Shown: piece by piece, positions 47,122-55,648 of the stretch
Position numbering within the stretch: position 1 is the stretch's first letter
How the letters are laid out: every line of letters starts with the position of its first letter
Assembly (NCBI GenBank): GCA_041690395.1
Contig: JAWLHJ010000001.1
Span: 256,001-320,000 of the forward strand
Source of the DNA: Longimicrobiales bacterium
Lineage (GTDB): Bacteria > Gemmatimonadota > Gemmatimonadetes > Longimicrobiales > Gaopeijiaceae
DNA length: 64,000 nucleotides
Reading direction: 5' to 3'
Notes under the pieces: generated by a model
Told to the model about the DNA's origin: nothing
The model's input: the letters and a program-made list of their open reading frames with translations, nothing else
Database searches by the model: none
Made by a program: the position numbers and the translations under genes

Positions 47122-48837
47122 ATGGCTGACACCGCTGTCCAGGTCGAGCACGACCACCACGGGGCCGACGCCCATCACGGGCCCACCGGCATCCTGAAGT
47201 ACATCTGGTCGACCGATCACAAGATCATCGGCATGCAGTACCTCTTCACGGGCATGTTCATGGCCGTGATCGGGGGCTACATGGCGTACGTGTTCCGGAT
47301 GCAGCTCGCGTTCCCCGGCATCAGCGTGCCGGGCTTCGGGCAGGTCTCGCCCGGCGAGTACAACTCCCTGATCACGAATCATGGCTCGATCATGATCTTC
47401 TGGGTGGCGATGCCCGTTCTCATCGCCGCCTTCGGGAACTTCCTGATTCCGCTCATGATCGGCGCGGACGACATGGTGTTCCCGCGGATCAATCGGCTCT
47501 CGTATCAGATCTTCCTGATCAGCGCGCTGATCCTTCTCGCCTCCTTGTTCGTGGAGGGGGGTGGCTTCGGCGGTGCCTGGACGTCCTACCCGCCGCTGTC
47601 CGCCGTGGCGGAATACAACCTGACGAATCTGGGCTCCACACTATGGCTGACCGCCGTGGCCCTGGAGTTCGTCGCGTTCCTGCTCGGCGGTATCAACTTC
47701 ATCGTCACGCTCATGAATTCCCGGGCGCCCGGCATGAAGGCGTACGACATCCCGCTCACGGTGTGGATGATCGTGATCGCGAGCGTGCTCTTCATGTTGT
47801 CCGTCGGCCCGCTCATGGCCGGCGCGGTGATGCTCCTGTTCGACCAGACGCTGGGCACCGGATTCTACGACCCGGCCCGCGGTGGCGACCCGATCCTCTG
47901 GCAGCACCTCTTCTGGTTCTTCGGGCACCCCGAGGTCTATGTGGTGCTCCTGCCGGCGATCGGTTTCGTGATCGACATCACGGCGACCTTCGCGCGTAAG
48001 AAGGTCTTCGGATACAAGATCATGCTCTACACCGCGGTCGCGACGGCCGTGCTGAGCTTCTTCGTCTGGGCGCACCACCAGTTCGTGGCGGGCATCGACC
48101 CGCGCATGGCGAACGTGTTCACGATCACGACGCTCCTGATCTCGGTGCCCATCGCCGAGCTCCTGTTCGTCATGATCGCGACGCTCTACGGCGGCTCGAT
48201 CACGTTGAAGACGCCGATGCTGTGGGCGCTCGGCTTCATCTCGACGTTCCTGCTCGGCGGCGTCACCGGCATCTTCCTCGGCGCGAGCGGCGCGGACATC
48301 TACCTGCACGACACGTACTTCGTGCTCGCGCACTTCCACTACACCTTCTTCCCCATCGCCATCATCGGGACGTTCGCAGCGTTCACCTACTGGTTCCCGA
48401 AGATGTTCGGGCGGATGATGGACGAGCGCCTCGGCAAGATCCATTTCTGGGGCACGATCATCCCGTTCAACACGATCTTCATCCCGCTCTTCATGCTGGG
48501 GGGGATCGGGCAGCACCGCCGGATCTACAACTTCGAGCACTTCCCGGAGCTCGCCGAGCCCTGGATGTTCACGCTTCGCCAGATCGCCACGATCTCGCTC
48601 GTGATCATGCTGCTCTTCCAGTTCGTCTTCTTCTACAACGTGATCAAGTCGTGGATCTCGGGTAAGAAGGCGGGGGACAACCCGTGGAAGGCGAACACCC
48701 TCGAGTGGTCCACGGTCTCGCCGCCGCCGCATGGCAACTGGCCGCCGGCCGAGCTTCCGAAGGTGTACCGCGGGCCGTACGAGTACAGCCATCCGGATCG
48801 CGAAGAAGACTACTGGCCCCAGAACGAACCAGCCTGA
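47122..48837 (+). CDS. coxA: Heme-copper oxidase subunit I, A family (atypical K-channel)
   Basis: TDHK.IG, TNHG, DMVFPRIN, WTSYPPLS, FGHPEVY, WAHH, HDTYF.LAHFHY, RRIY. Confidence 0.96.
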   Translation: MADTAVQVEHDHHGADAHHGPTGILKYIWSTDHKIIGMQYLFTGMFMAVIGGYMAYVFRMQLAFPGISVPGFGQVSPGEYNSLITNHGSIMIFWVAMPVLIAAFGNFLIPLMIGADDMVFPRINRLSYQIFLISALILLASLFVEGGGFGGAWTSYPPLSAVAEYNLTNLGSTLWLTAVALEFVAFLLGGINFIVTLMNSRAPGMKAYDIPLTVWMIVIASVLFMLSVGPLMAGAVMLLFDQTLGTGFYDPARGGDPILWQHLFWFFGHPEVYVVLLPAIGFVIDITATFARKKVFGYKIMLYTAVATAVLSFFVWAHHQFVAGIDPRMANVFTITTLLISVPIAELLFVMIATLYGGSITLKTPMLWALGFISTFLLGGVTGIFLGASGADIYLHDTYFVLAHFHYTFFPIAIIGTFAAFTYWFPKMFGRMMDERLGKIHFWGTIIPFNTIFIPLFMLGGIGQHRRIYNFEHFPELAEPWMFTLRQIATISLVIMLLFQFVFFYNVIKSWISGKKAGDNPWKANTLEWSTVSPPPHGNWPPAELPKVYRGPYEYSHPDREEDYWPQNEPA

Positions 48838-49415
48838 TGTCACACGCCAAGCCTATCGCAACGCTCCGTTCCGCCACGGGGATCCCCACAGGTCGTCTCG
48901 CGATCTGGTGGGTCCTCGCCTCGGAGGTCGTCATCTTCGGCGGTCTCATCGCGGCGTATCTCATGCACCGCCTCGGACACCCGGAGTGGGCCGACGCAGC
49001 CGCGGTCACGAACACGATGATCGGGACGGTCAACACGTTCGTGCTGCTCACCTCGAGCTTCACCGCGGTCCTGGCCCACCAGGCCGCCGAGCGCGGTGAC
49101 GGAAAGAAGGCGGCGAAGTACCTCGTGTTCACGATCGGGGGTGCGCTCACCTTCGTCTGCATCAAGAGCTACGAGTGGTGGTACGAGATCAGCCACGGCT
49201 ACACCATCACCTCGAACACCTTCTGGTCCTTCTACTACACCATGGCGGGGCTCCACGCGCTGCACGTGATCGCGGGCGCGATCATCATGGGCGTCGTGGC
49301 GTTCGACGCGTACCGGGGCCGTGAGCTGCAGCGGGTCGAGCTCATCGGCATCTACTGGCACTTCGTCGACGTGGTCTGGATCTTCCTGTTCCCGCTTCTC
49401 TACATCGCGAAGTAG
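48837..49415 (+). CDS. Cytochrome oxidase subunit III-like (5-TM), copy 1
   Basis: LASEVVIFGG, NTFVLLTSS, GLHALHV, YWHFVDVVWIFLF. Confidence 0.92.
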   Translation: MSHAKPIATLRSATGIPTGRLAIWWVLASEVVIFGGLIAAYLMHRLGHPEWADAAAVTNTMIGTVNTFVLLTSSFTAVLAHQAAERGDGKKAAKYLVFTIGGALTFVCIKSYEWWYEISHGYTITSNTFWSFYYTMAGLHALHVIAGAIIMGVVAFDAYRGRELQRVELIGIYWHFVDVVWIFLFPLLYIAK

Positions 49416-49428
49416 GCCGAGACGAGAT

Positions 49429-50103
49429 ATGTCAGACCATTCCGGACATCACGACGTCAACTACAAGAAGATCTACTTCACGCTGCTCTTCCTGCTGGTC
49501 GTGAGCGTGGTGGGTCCCGAGTTCGGCATCCTCTGGGTCACGCTGGTGACGGCGTTCGGCGTCGCGGCGGTGAAAGCGTACCTGGTCATCGAGAACTTCA
49601 TGCATCTCCGTTGGGAGAAGAAGCTCATGAAGTGGATGTTGACCTCCTCGCTGATCGTCATGGCGCTCATGTTCTTCGGCATCGCGCCCGACGTCATGAA
49701 GCACGAGGGCCGCAACTGGGTGAACCAGGCCGCCATCGCGGCCACCGAGCGCGGCATCGGCGGGCATGGAGAGGAGGAGTCCGCCGGGGAAGCGGTGGAG
49801 ATGGTCGAGGCGGAGCCCGGTGTGTTCAATGCGCAGTCGCAGTACAACATCGCCTGCGCGACGTGTCACGGTCAGCAGGGCATGGGCGACGGGGCCGCGG
49901 CCGCGGCCCTCAACCCTCAGCCTGCCGACTTCACGGACCCGGCCTTCTGGACGGAGCGTGACCGTGACCGTATCTACACGGTCATCCGCGAGGGCGCGGC
50001 GGCCGTCGGTGGCTCGCCACTGATGGTGGCCTGGCAGAACACGTACAACGACGAGCAGATCGAGGCGCTCACGGACTACGTGATGGGGTTCCAGCCGGAG
50101 TAA
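49429..50103 (+). CDS. Oxidase subunit IV-like membrane domain fused to a cytochrome c
   Basis: Three TM helices with KAYLV..NFMHLRWE; C-terminal CATCH...PADFTD...LMVAW. Confidence 0.85.
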   Translation: MSDHSGHHDVNYKKIYFTLLFLLVVSVVGPEFGILWVTLVTAFGVAAVKAYLVIENFMHLRWEKKLMKWMLTSSLIVMALMFFGIAPDVMKHEGRNWVNQAAIAATERGIGGHGEEESAGEAVEMVEAEPGVFNAQSQYNIACATCHGQQGMGDGAAAAALNPQPADFTDPAFWTERDRDRIYTVIREGAAAVGGSPLMVAWQNTYNDEQIEALTDYVMGFQPE

Positions 50104-50107
50104 CACG

Positions 50108-50710
50108 ATGACCGCACATTCCGCCACCGCCGATTTCGAGCACCGCCCCGAGCCGGTGCGCCGGGAGAAGATCATCCCGAACGGCGTCATGGGGATGATC
50201 GCGTTCATCTTCACCGAGCTGATGTTCTTCTCGGGGCTGATCTCCGCTCACACCATCGTGCGCTCGCAGGTCGCCGGGCAGATGTGGCCGCCATTCGGCC
50301 AGCCCCGGCTCCCGGTGGAGGAGACCGCGATCAACACCGCGGCGCTCATGGCGAGTGGCATCGTGCTCGTGCTGACGTGGTTCGCGTTCCGGCGCGATGC
50401 GCAGCTCGCCAGGATTCCGCTCCTGATCTCTCTCGGACTCGGCGCGTTTTTCGTATTGTTCCAGGGGGCGGAGTGGGTGGCGCTGCTCGGTGAGGGGCTC
50501 ACGATGACGTCCAGCACGTACGGGGCGTTCTTCTATCTCATCGTCGGCACCCACGGCCTGCACGCCCTCGCCGCCCTGATCGCGCTCGGCTGGACGTACG
50601 CCCGGCTCGACAAGGGCAAGCTGACCGGACACGAGCTCGCCACGGTCTCCGCGTTCTGGTACTTCGTCGTTCTCGTGTGGCCCGTGCTCTACTGGAGGGT
50701 CTACCTGTGA
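50108..50710 (+). CDS. Cytochrome oxidase subunit III-like (5-TM), copy 2
   Basis: FTELMFFSG, INTAALMASG, QGAEW, GTHGLHA, FWYFVV.VWP. Confidence 0.9.
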   Translation: MTAHSATADFEHRPEPVRREKIIPNGVMGMIAFIFTELMFFSGLISAHTIVRSQVAGQMWPPFGQPRLPVEETAINTAALMASGIVLVLTWFAFRRDAQLARIPLLISLGLGAFFVLFQGAEWVALLGEGLTMTSSTYGAFFYLIVGTHGLHALAALIALGWTYARLDKGKLTGHELATVSAFWYFVVLVWPVLYWRVYL

Positions 50711-50967
50711 TGCATTCGATGCGCAGCCTGCCCGTGATCGCGGTCGCCGCCGCGCTCGTGCTCCTGGCGATCTTCCCCGACGCAGCGCACGCATGCCCCG
50801 TCTGCTTCGATTCGCGTGACGAGAACCGTCAGGCCTTCCTGGTCACCACGGTCTTCCTGTCGCTCTTCCCGCTCGGCATGGTGGCGGGGGTCGGCCTCTG
50901 GGTGCGGAAGCGGTCGAAGGAGCTCGACGAGCAGGACGCGTCGGCCTCGCGTACGGACGCGGAGTAG
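50710..50967 (+). CDS. Small exported CxxC membrane protein, 85 aa
   Basis: TGATG overlap; signal peptide ending AHA, then CPVC, then one TM helix. Confidence 0.75.
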   Translation: MHSMRSLPVIAVAAALVLLAIFPDAAHACPVCFDSRDENRQAFLVTTVFLSLFPLGMVAGVGLWVRKRSKELDEQDASASRTDAE

Positions 50968-50988
50968 GACTCTTCCCTCGCGGGTTGA

Positions 50989-51097
50989 GGGCGGCGGGGC
51001 GGCGCACTCGCTCTCCGCTCTGGGGTCGTTTCCCCACACTTCTCCGCCCCCCTCCGCGACCAACGCCGCTCCGAGCGAGTGCGCCACCCCACCGCCC
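50989..51097 (-). repeat. Structured element copy 1 (25-bp stem)
   Basis: Arms 50989-51013 and 51073-51097 pair fully on the minus strand with two G-U pairs. Confidence 0.8.
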
Positions 51098-51285
51098 ACG
51101 ATCGGGCGGGGGTCCGAGGAATCCGTTCCGCCCAGCCCGGTTCGATGCTCCGCGGGCGGGCCGACCGCTGACGTGGCCCAGTGCCTGCTCGAGGCTTCGG
51201 AGTCCGGCCGAGGCGCCCTGCCTCCGAGGCCCCTTCGCGGAACGAGCCGCCATTGGGTGGACGGCGGAATGCTCGAGGGGCTGGT

Positions 51286-51381
51286 GGGCGGGGCGTCCGC
51301 GCAGAGCGCCGTTGGTCGCCGGTGGTGGGGAGGGGCGGAGGCGGAAAAGCGACCCCAGAGCGGAGCGCGGATGCCCCGCCC
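51286..51381 (+). repeat. Structured element copy 2 (17-bp stem), inverted relative to copy 1
   Basis: Arms 51286-51302 and 51365-51381 pair with one G-U on the plus strand; same internal motifs as copy 1. Confidence 0.8.
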
Positions 51382-51405
51382 CCCCGCCCCCACACCAGAA
51401 AGCCC

Positions 51406-52698
51406 TCAGCCCACCCGCCGCCGCTTGTTCCGCAGGAAATCCATCATGATATACTGCCCCAACGTCATCGTCGTCGTGAAATAGGCTTTCCCACGCGCGA
51501 TCTCGGACACCTTCTGGACGAACTGCACCAGGTAGGGGTCCTGCGCGAGCATGAACGTGTTGATCAGGATCCCCGCCTTCCGGCACGCTCCCACTTCCTG
51601 GAACGTCCGCTTCAGGATCGCCGGGTCGAGACCTCCCGAGTTCGTGTAGACCCGCCCGTCGGGCAGGGTCATCGCGCTCGGCTTCCCGTCGGTGATCATG
51701 ATGATCTGGCGCATGTCCTTCTTCTGCGCCGCGAGGATCCGGCGCGCGATCTCCAGGCCTTCGGCGGTGTTCGTGTGGTATGGACCGACCTGCGCCTTCG
51801 CCAGCTGCGAGAGCGGGATCTCCTCGGCGCGGTCCCCGAACGTGACGACACTCAAGGAGTCGCCCGGGAACTGTGTGCGGATCATGTGCGACAGCGCCAG
51901 CGCCACCCGCTTGGCCGGCGCGAAGCGGTCCTCCCCGTAGAGCACCATGGAGTGCGAGATGTCGAGCATGAGCACGGTCGCGCACGACGAACGGTACTCG
52001 GACTGGTGCACCATGAGGTCGCCGTAGTCGAGGTCGAGCGGCACGTCGAGACCTTCGCGCTCGATGGCGTTCTTGAGCGTGGCGGGAATGTCGAGGTTCA
52101 TCGTGTCGCCGAACTCATAGGGCCGTGACGCGGCCTCGGCCTCGATGCCCGTGGAAAGATGCGGCGTGTCGTGCTGTCCCGCGTTCGACTTGCCGAGCGC
52201 CGACATGAGGTCCTTCAGCGAGCGGTGCCCCAGGAAGTCCATCCCCTTGCGGGTGAGGCTGAACTCGACGCTCTGGGCGGCCTGCTTCGCTTCGTCGACC
52301 TGGCCCTGACCGGTGACGTCGTACGTCTGGCCGGGCATCTGCGGGTTGCCGGTCTCGAGGTTGATGTAGCCCTCCTCGACCATCCGCTGCACGAGTTGGT
52401 CGAGCAGCTCGGCGATCTCCTTCTGGACGTCGGCGTCGCCTTCGCCTTCCCCGCGAAGCTCGTCGATCATCTCGGGGGTGAGCTGCCCACTCTCCAGCAA
52501 AGCCTTCAACAGCGCGTTCTTCAGCGCGTCGGTCGAGCTGGTGTCCTCCGTACCGGACCAGCCCCAGAACGGGTGGAAGTTCGGCCCACCCGCGAAGCCA
52601 CCGTCCATGAGGAAGTCGGACAGGTGTTCGAGCAGAGACTCGAGGTTCAGGGCGTCGAGCCAGCGGCCCTTGTACTTGGAATACGTCGTGAAGCGCAT
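51406..52698 (-). CDS. VWA-domain protein (chelatase/AAA+ partner type)
   Basis: RPYEFGD, MIDAS DISHSM, HTNT, ITDGKPS. Confidence 0.9.
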   Translation of the reverse strand: MRFTTYSKYKGRWLDALNLESLLEHLSDFLMDGGFAGGPNFHPFWGWSGTEDTSSTDALKNALLKALLESGQLTPEMIDELRGEGEGDADVQKEIAELLDQLVQRMVEEGYINLETGNPQMPGQTYDVTGQGQVDEAKQAAQSVEFSLTRKGMDFLGHRSLKDLMSALGKSNAGQHDTPHLSTGIEAEAASRPYEFGDTMNLDIPATLKNAIEREGLDVPLDLDYGDLMVHQSEYRSSCATVLMLDISHSMVLYGEDRFAPAKRVALALSHMIRTQFPGDSLSVVTFGDRAEEIPLSQLAKAQVGPYHTNTAEGLEIARRILAAQKKDMRQIIMITDGKPSAMTLPDGRVYTNSGGLDPAILKRTFQEVGACRKAGILINTFMLAQDPYLVQFVQKVSEIARGKAYFTTTMTLGQYIMMDFLRNKRRRVG

Positions 52699-52704
52699 GA
52701 CACC

Positions 52705-52726
52705 ATGCTACGTCTGGAGATACCTT
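52705..52726. promoter_or_regulatory. Back-to-back -10 boxes of divergent, probably leaderless genes
   Basis: TAGCAT (minus, 52705-52710) is 6 nt before the VWA ATG; TACCTT (plus, 52721-52726) is 6 nt before the mutY ATG. Confidence 0.55.
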
Positions 52727-52732
52727 GCCGCC

Positions 52733-53794
52733 ATGAATCCCGATCTCGACCGCCTGCGAGCGGACCTGCTCTCATTCTACGACGGCCGACGGCGTGATCT
52801 GCCCTGGCGCGGGGAGTCCGACCCGTATCGGATCCTCGTGTCGGAGGTGATGCTGCAGCAGACGCGGGTCGACACCGTGATGGGGTACTACGAACCCTGG
52901 CTTGAGCGGTTCCCGGACGTGCGGGCGCTGGCGGTCGCCGACGAGGCGGATGTGCTCAAGGCATGGGAGGGGCTGGGATACTACCGACGGGCCCGGAACC
53001 TCCATGCTGCGGCGAAGGAGGTGCGGGAGCGGTTCGGGGGCCGCGTTCCGTCGACCGCGGAGCGGCTCCGGGAGCTACCCGGAGTCGGGGAGTACACCGC
53101 CGGCGCCGTCGCCAGCATCGCTTTCGACGAGGCCGTGCCGGCCGTCGACGGAAACGTGCGTCGGGTGCTCGCCCGCTGGCACGACGAGCCGAGTCCTTCC
53201 GCGCGTTGGCTGCGTGATACCGCCGGAGCATTGGTCGACGCCGACCGTCCGGGCGATTGGAACCAGGCGCTCATGGAGCTCGGTGCGACGGTCTGCACGC
53301 CGAGAGGGGCACGGTGCGACGCCTGCCCGGTGGCCTGGGTCTGCGCGGCGCGCGCCGCCGGCACGGTCGACGACCGTCCAGCGAGCGCGAGGAAGCAGAC
53401 TCCCAGGCAGGCCGTCTTCGCGCTCGCCGTCCTCAAGGCTCCGGACGGTGCGGTGCTCCTGGAACGGCGTCCCACGGGTGGGCTGCTGGGCGGGATGTGG
53501 GCGTTTCCCGAGCGGGAGGTCGCGGGAAGGGAGGACACGAGTGCCGTGGCCACGGAGGTAGCGTCGGACCTCGTGGGTAACGGTGAGCTGACGAAGCCTC
53601 GACCCCTGCCCCTGGTCCGTCATCGCTTCACCCACATCGACGCCACCTACGCGCCGTGGCTGTTCGAGCTCGAGCCGACCGAACCCTCGGCCGACTGGGT
53701 CGACGCTGGAGAGCTTCGCTGGGCGGGTGCCGGCGAGCGGGAGGCCATGGCCCTGCCGGTGGCCCAGCGTGCCGTGCTGGAGAGCGTGCCGTGA
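52733..53794 (+). CDS. mutY: A/G-specific adenine glycosylase
   Basis: DLPWR, SEVMLQQT, WEGLGYYRRA, LPGVGEYTA, VDGNV, Fe-S motif CxxxxxxCxxCPxxxxC, HRFTH. Confidence 0.96.
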   Translation: MNPDLDRLRADLLSFYDGRRRDLPWRGESDPYRILVSEVMLQQTRVDTVMGYYEPWLERFPDVRALAVADEADVLKAWEGLGYYRRARNLHAAAKEVRERFGGRVPSTAERLRELPGVGEYTAGAVASIAFDEAVPAVDGNVRRVLARWHDEPSPSARWLRDTAGALVDADRPGDWNQALMELGATVCTPRGARCDACPVAWVCAARAAGTVDDRPASARKQTPRQAVFALAVLKAPDGAVLLERRPTGGLLGGMWAFPEREVAGREDTSAVATEVASDLVGNGELTKPRPLPLVRHRFTHIDATYAPWLFELEPTEPSADWVDAGELRWAGAGEREAMALPVAQRAVLESVP

Positions 53795-55593
53795 GCCCTC
53801 CCCCCATCACCCCCGACATGCTGATCACGATCGCGATCACCGTGGCGGCCATCGCCCTGTTCGTGTGGGACCGCCTTCCCATAGAGGTGGTCGGGCTGAT
53901 CGTGATGGTGGCCCTCATGTTGACCGGGGTCGTGACTCCGGCCGAGGGCGTGAGCGGCTTCGCGAGCGAAGCCATTCTGACCATCGCGGCGATGTTCGTG
54001 CTGTCTGCCGCGCTAGTGCGCACGGGTGGCGTGGACGTGCTGGGACGGTGGATCTCCAAGCTGTCGGGTGACAGCGGCTTCAGGTTGCTCCTCGTCTCGC
54101 TGGCGGTCGTCGTGCCGGCGAGCGCGTTCGTGAACAACACGCCGGTCGTGGTCGTTATGGTTCCCGTGCTGCTCGGTCTCGCCCACGCACGTGACATCCC
54201 CGCGTCCCGGCTCCTCATGCCGGTGTCCTTCGCAAGTCAGATGGGGGGCACTCTGACGCTGATCGGCACCAGCACGAACCTGCTGGTGGCCGGACTCGTG
54301 CTAGACCTGGGGCTGCCTCGTATCCGACTCTTCGACGTGACCGCTCCCGCGCTCGTCCTCACGGTGATCGGGTTGGTCTACCTTCTCACCCTGGGCCGCA
54401 GGCTCGTGCCGGATCGCGACGGCGAGCACGACATGGACGCGCGCTACGAGCTCGGCGAGTATCTCTCCGGACTCGAAGTCGGCCCGGACTCGATGCTCGT
54501 GGGCCAGACCCTGGCCGAGAGTGATCTCCGCCGCAAGCACGACCTCGACGTCCTCGCGATCGAGCGAGGAGACGAGCGCATCCTGCTCCCGGAGAGCGTT
54601 CAAGTCATCGAGGAGGGCGATCGGCTGGTCGTACGAGGGAGAATCGCGCGGATCGACGACGCCCAGGAGAGCGTGGGTCTCCAGATATCGGGGACCGGAC
54701 CGCACCTCTCGTCGAGTGACCTGGAAGAAGACGAGGGCCCGGCCCACTACAGCGAGGTGCTCGTGCCGCCGAGGTCGAGGGTCGTCGGGCACTCGCTCGA
54801 GGAGCTGCGCTTCAGAGGCACGTACGGCGTGCCGGTCGTCGGAATCCGGCGGCACGGCGCAGCCGTCCACGAGCCGATGCGAACCGTGACGCTCCAGGCG
54901 GGTGACATCCTCCTCGTTCGTGCGACGTCCGAGGATCTCCGCCGGATTCGGGCGACCGGAGATCTCGCGTTGCTCGGACCCCTGGACCTGCCGCCCCGTC
55001 GGAAGCGGAAGCTTCCCGTCGCGGCGATGATCATGGCTGCCGTCATCCTGTCGGCGGCGGTCGGCCTCACCACGATCTTGGTGGCGGCGATGGCCGGTGT
55101 CGTGGTGGCCTTCGTGTCCGGATGCCTCACGCCCGAGGAAGCCTACGAGGACGTGGATTGGCAGCCGCTCGTGCTGCTCGGCTCTCTCCTACCCCTGGGG
55201 ATCGCGATGCAGGACACCGGGGCAGCCGAGCTGGCGACCATCCACTTCCTGGATCTCACGCGTGGGCTCGGACCGCACGGGGTCCTGGTCGCGTTCTACG
55301 TGCTGGTGACACTGCTGACGGCCATCGTCAGCAACGCCGCCACCGCCGTGGTCGTCACGCCGCTCGCGGTGGCACTGGGGGCAAGCCTCGCCGTGTCGCC
55401 GATGCCCTTCGTCATCGCCGTCATCCTCGCGGCGTCCAACAGCTTCATCACGCCTGTCGGGTACCAGACCAACACCTTCATCTACGGACCCGGCGGCTAC
55501 CGCTTCTCGGACTTCACCCTCGTGGGCGGGCCGCTCACGGTCCTCTTCGCCGTCGCCGCCGGCTTCGTGATCCCCGTCTTCTTCCCGTTCTGA
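53791..55593 (+). CDS. SLC13/DASS permease with two TrkA-C domains
   Basis: GTGA overlap; SAFVNNT, GGTLTLIGTSTNL, VSNAAT, TPVGYQTN, GGYRFSDF. Confidence 0.92.
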   Translation: MSPPPITPDMLITIAITVAAIALFVWDRLPIEVVGLIVMVALMLTGVVTPAEGVSGFASEAILTIAAMFVLSAALVRTGGVDVLGRWISKLSGDSGFRLLLVSLAVVVPASAFVNNTPVVVVMVPVLLGLAHARDIPASRLLMPVSFASQMGGTLTLIGTSTNLLVAGLVLDLGLPRIRLFDVTAPALVLTVIGLVYLLTLGRRLVPDRDGEHDMDARYELGEYLSGLEVGPDSMLVGQTLAESDLRRKHDLDVLAIERGDERILLPESVQVIEEGDRLVVRGRIARIDDAQESVGLQISGTGPHLSSSDLEEDEGPAHYSEVLVPPRSRVVGHSLEELRFRGTYGVPVVGIRRHGAAVHEPMRTVTLQAGDILLVRATSEDLRRIRATGDLALLGPLDLPPRRKRKLPVAAMIMAAVILSAAVGLTTILVAAMAGVVVAFVSGCLTPEEAYEDVDWQPLVLLGSLLPLGIAMQDTGAAELATIHFLDLTRGLGPHGVLVAFYVLVTLLTAIVSNAATAVVVTPLAVALGASLAVSPMPFVIAVILAASNSFITPVGYQTNTFIYGPGGYRFSDFTLVGGPLTVLFAVAAGFVIPVFFPF

Positions 55594-55648
55594 GGTCCGG
55601 CGCCCGGCTCGGGACGGGCCGGCCCGGCACGCGCCGACCCGCCCACCC

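Noticed and set aside
51098..51285. 6S RNA or RNase P in the spacer between the twin elements
   Set aside because: No GAGGAAAGUCC motif and no convincing 6S central bubble or usual gene context.
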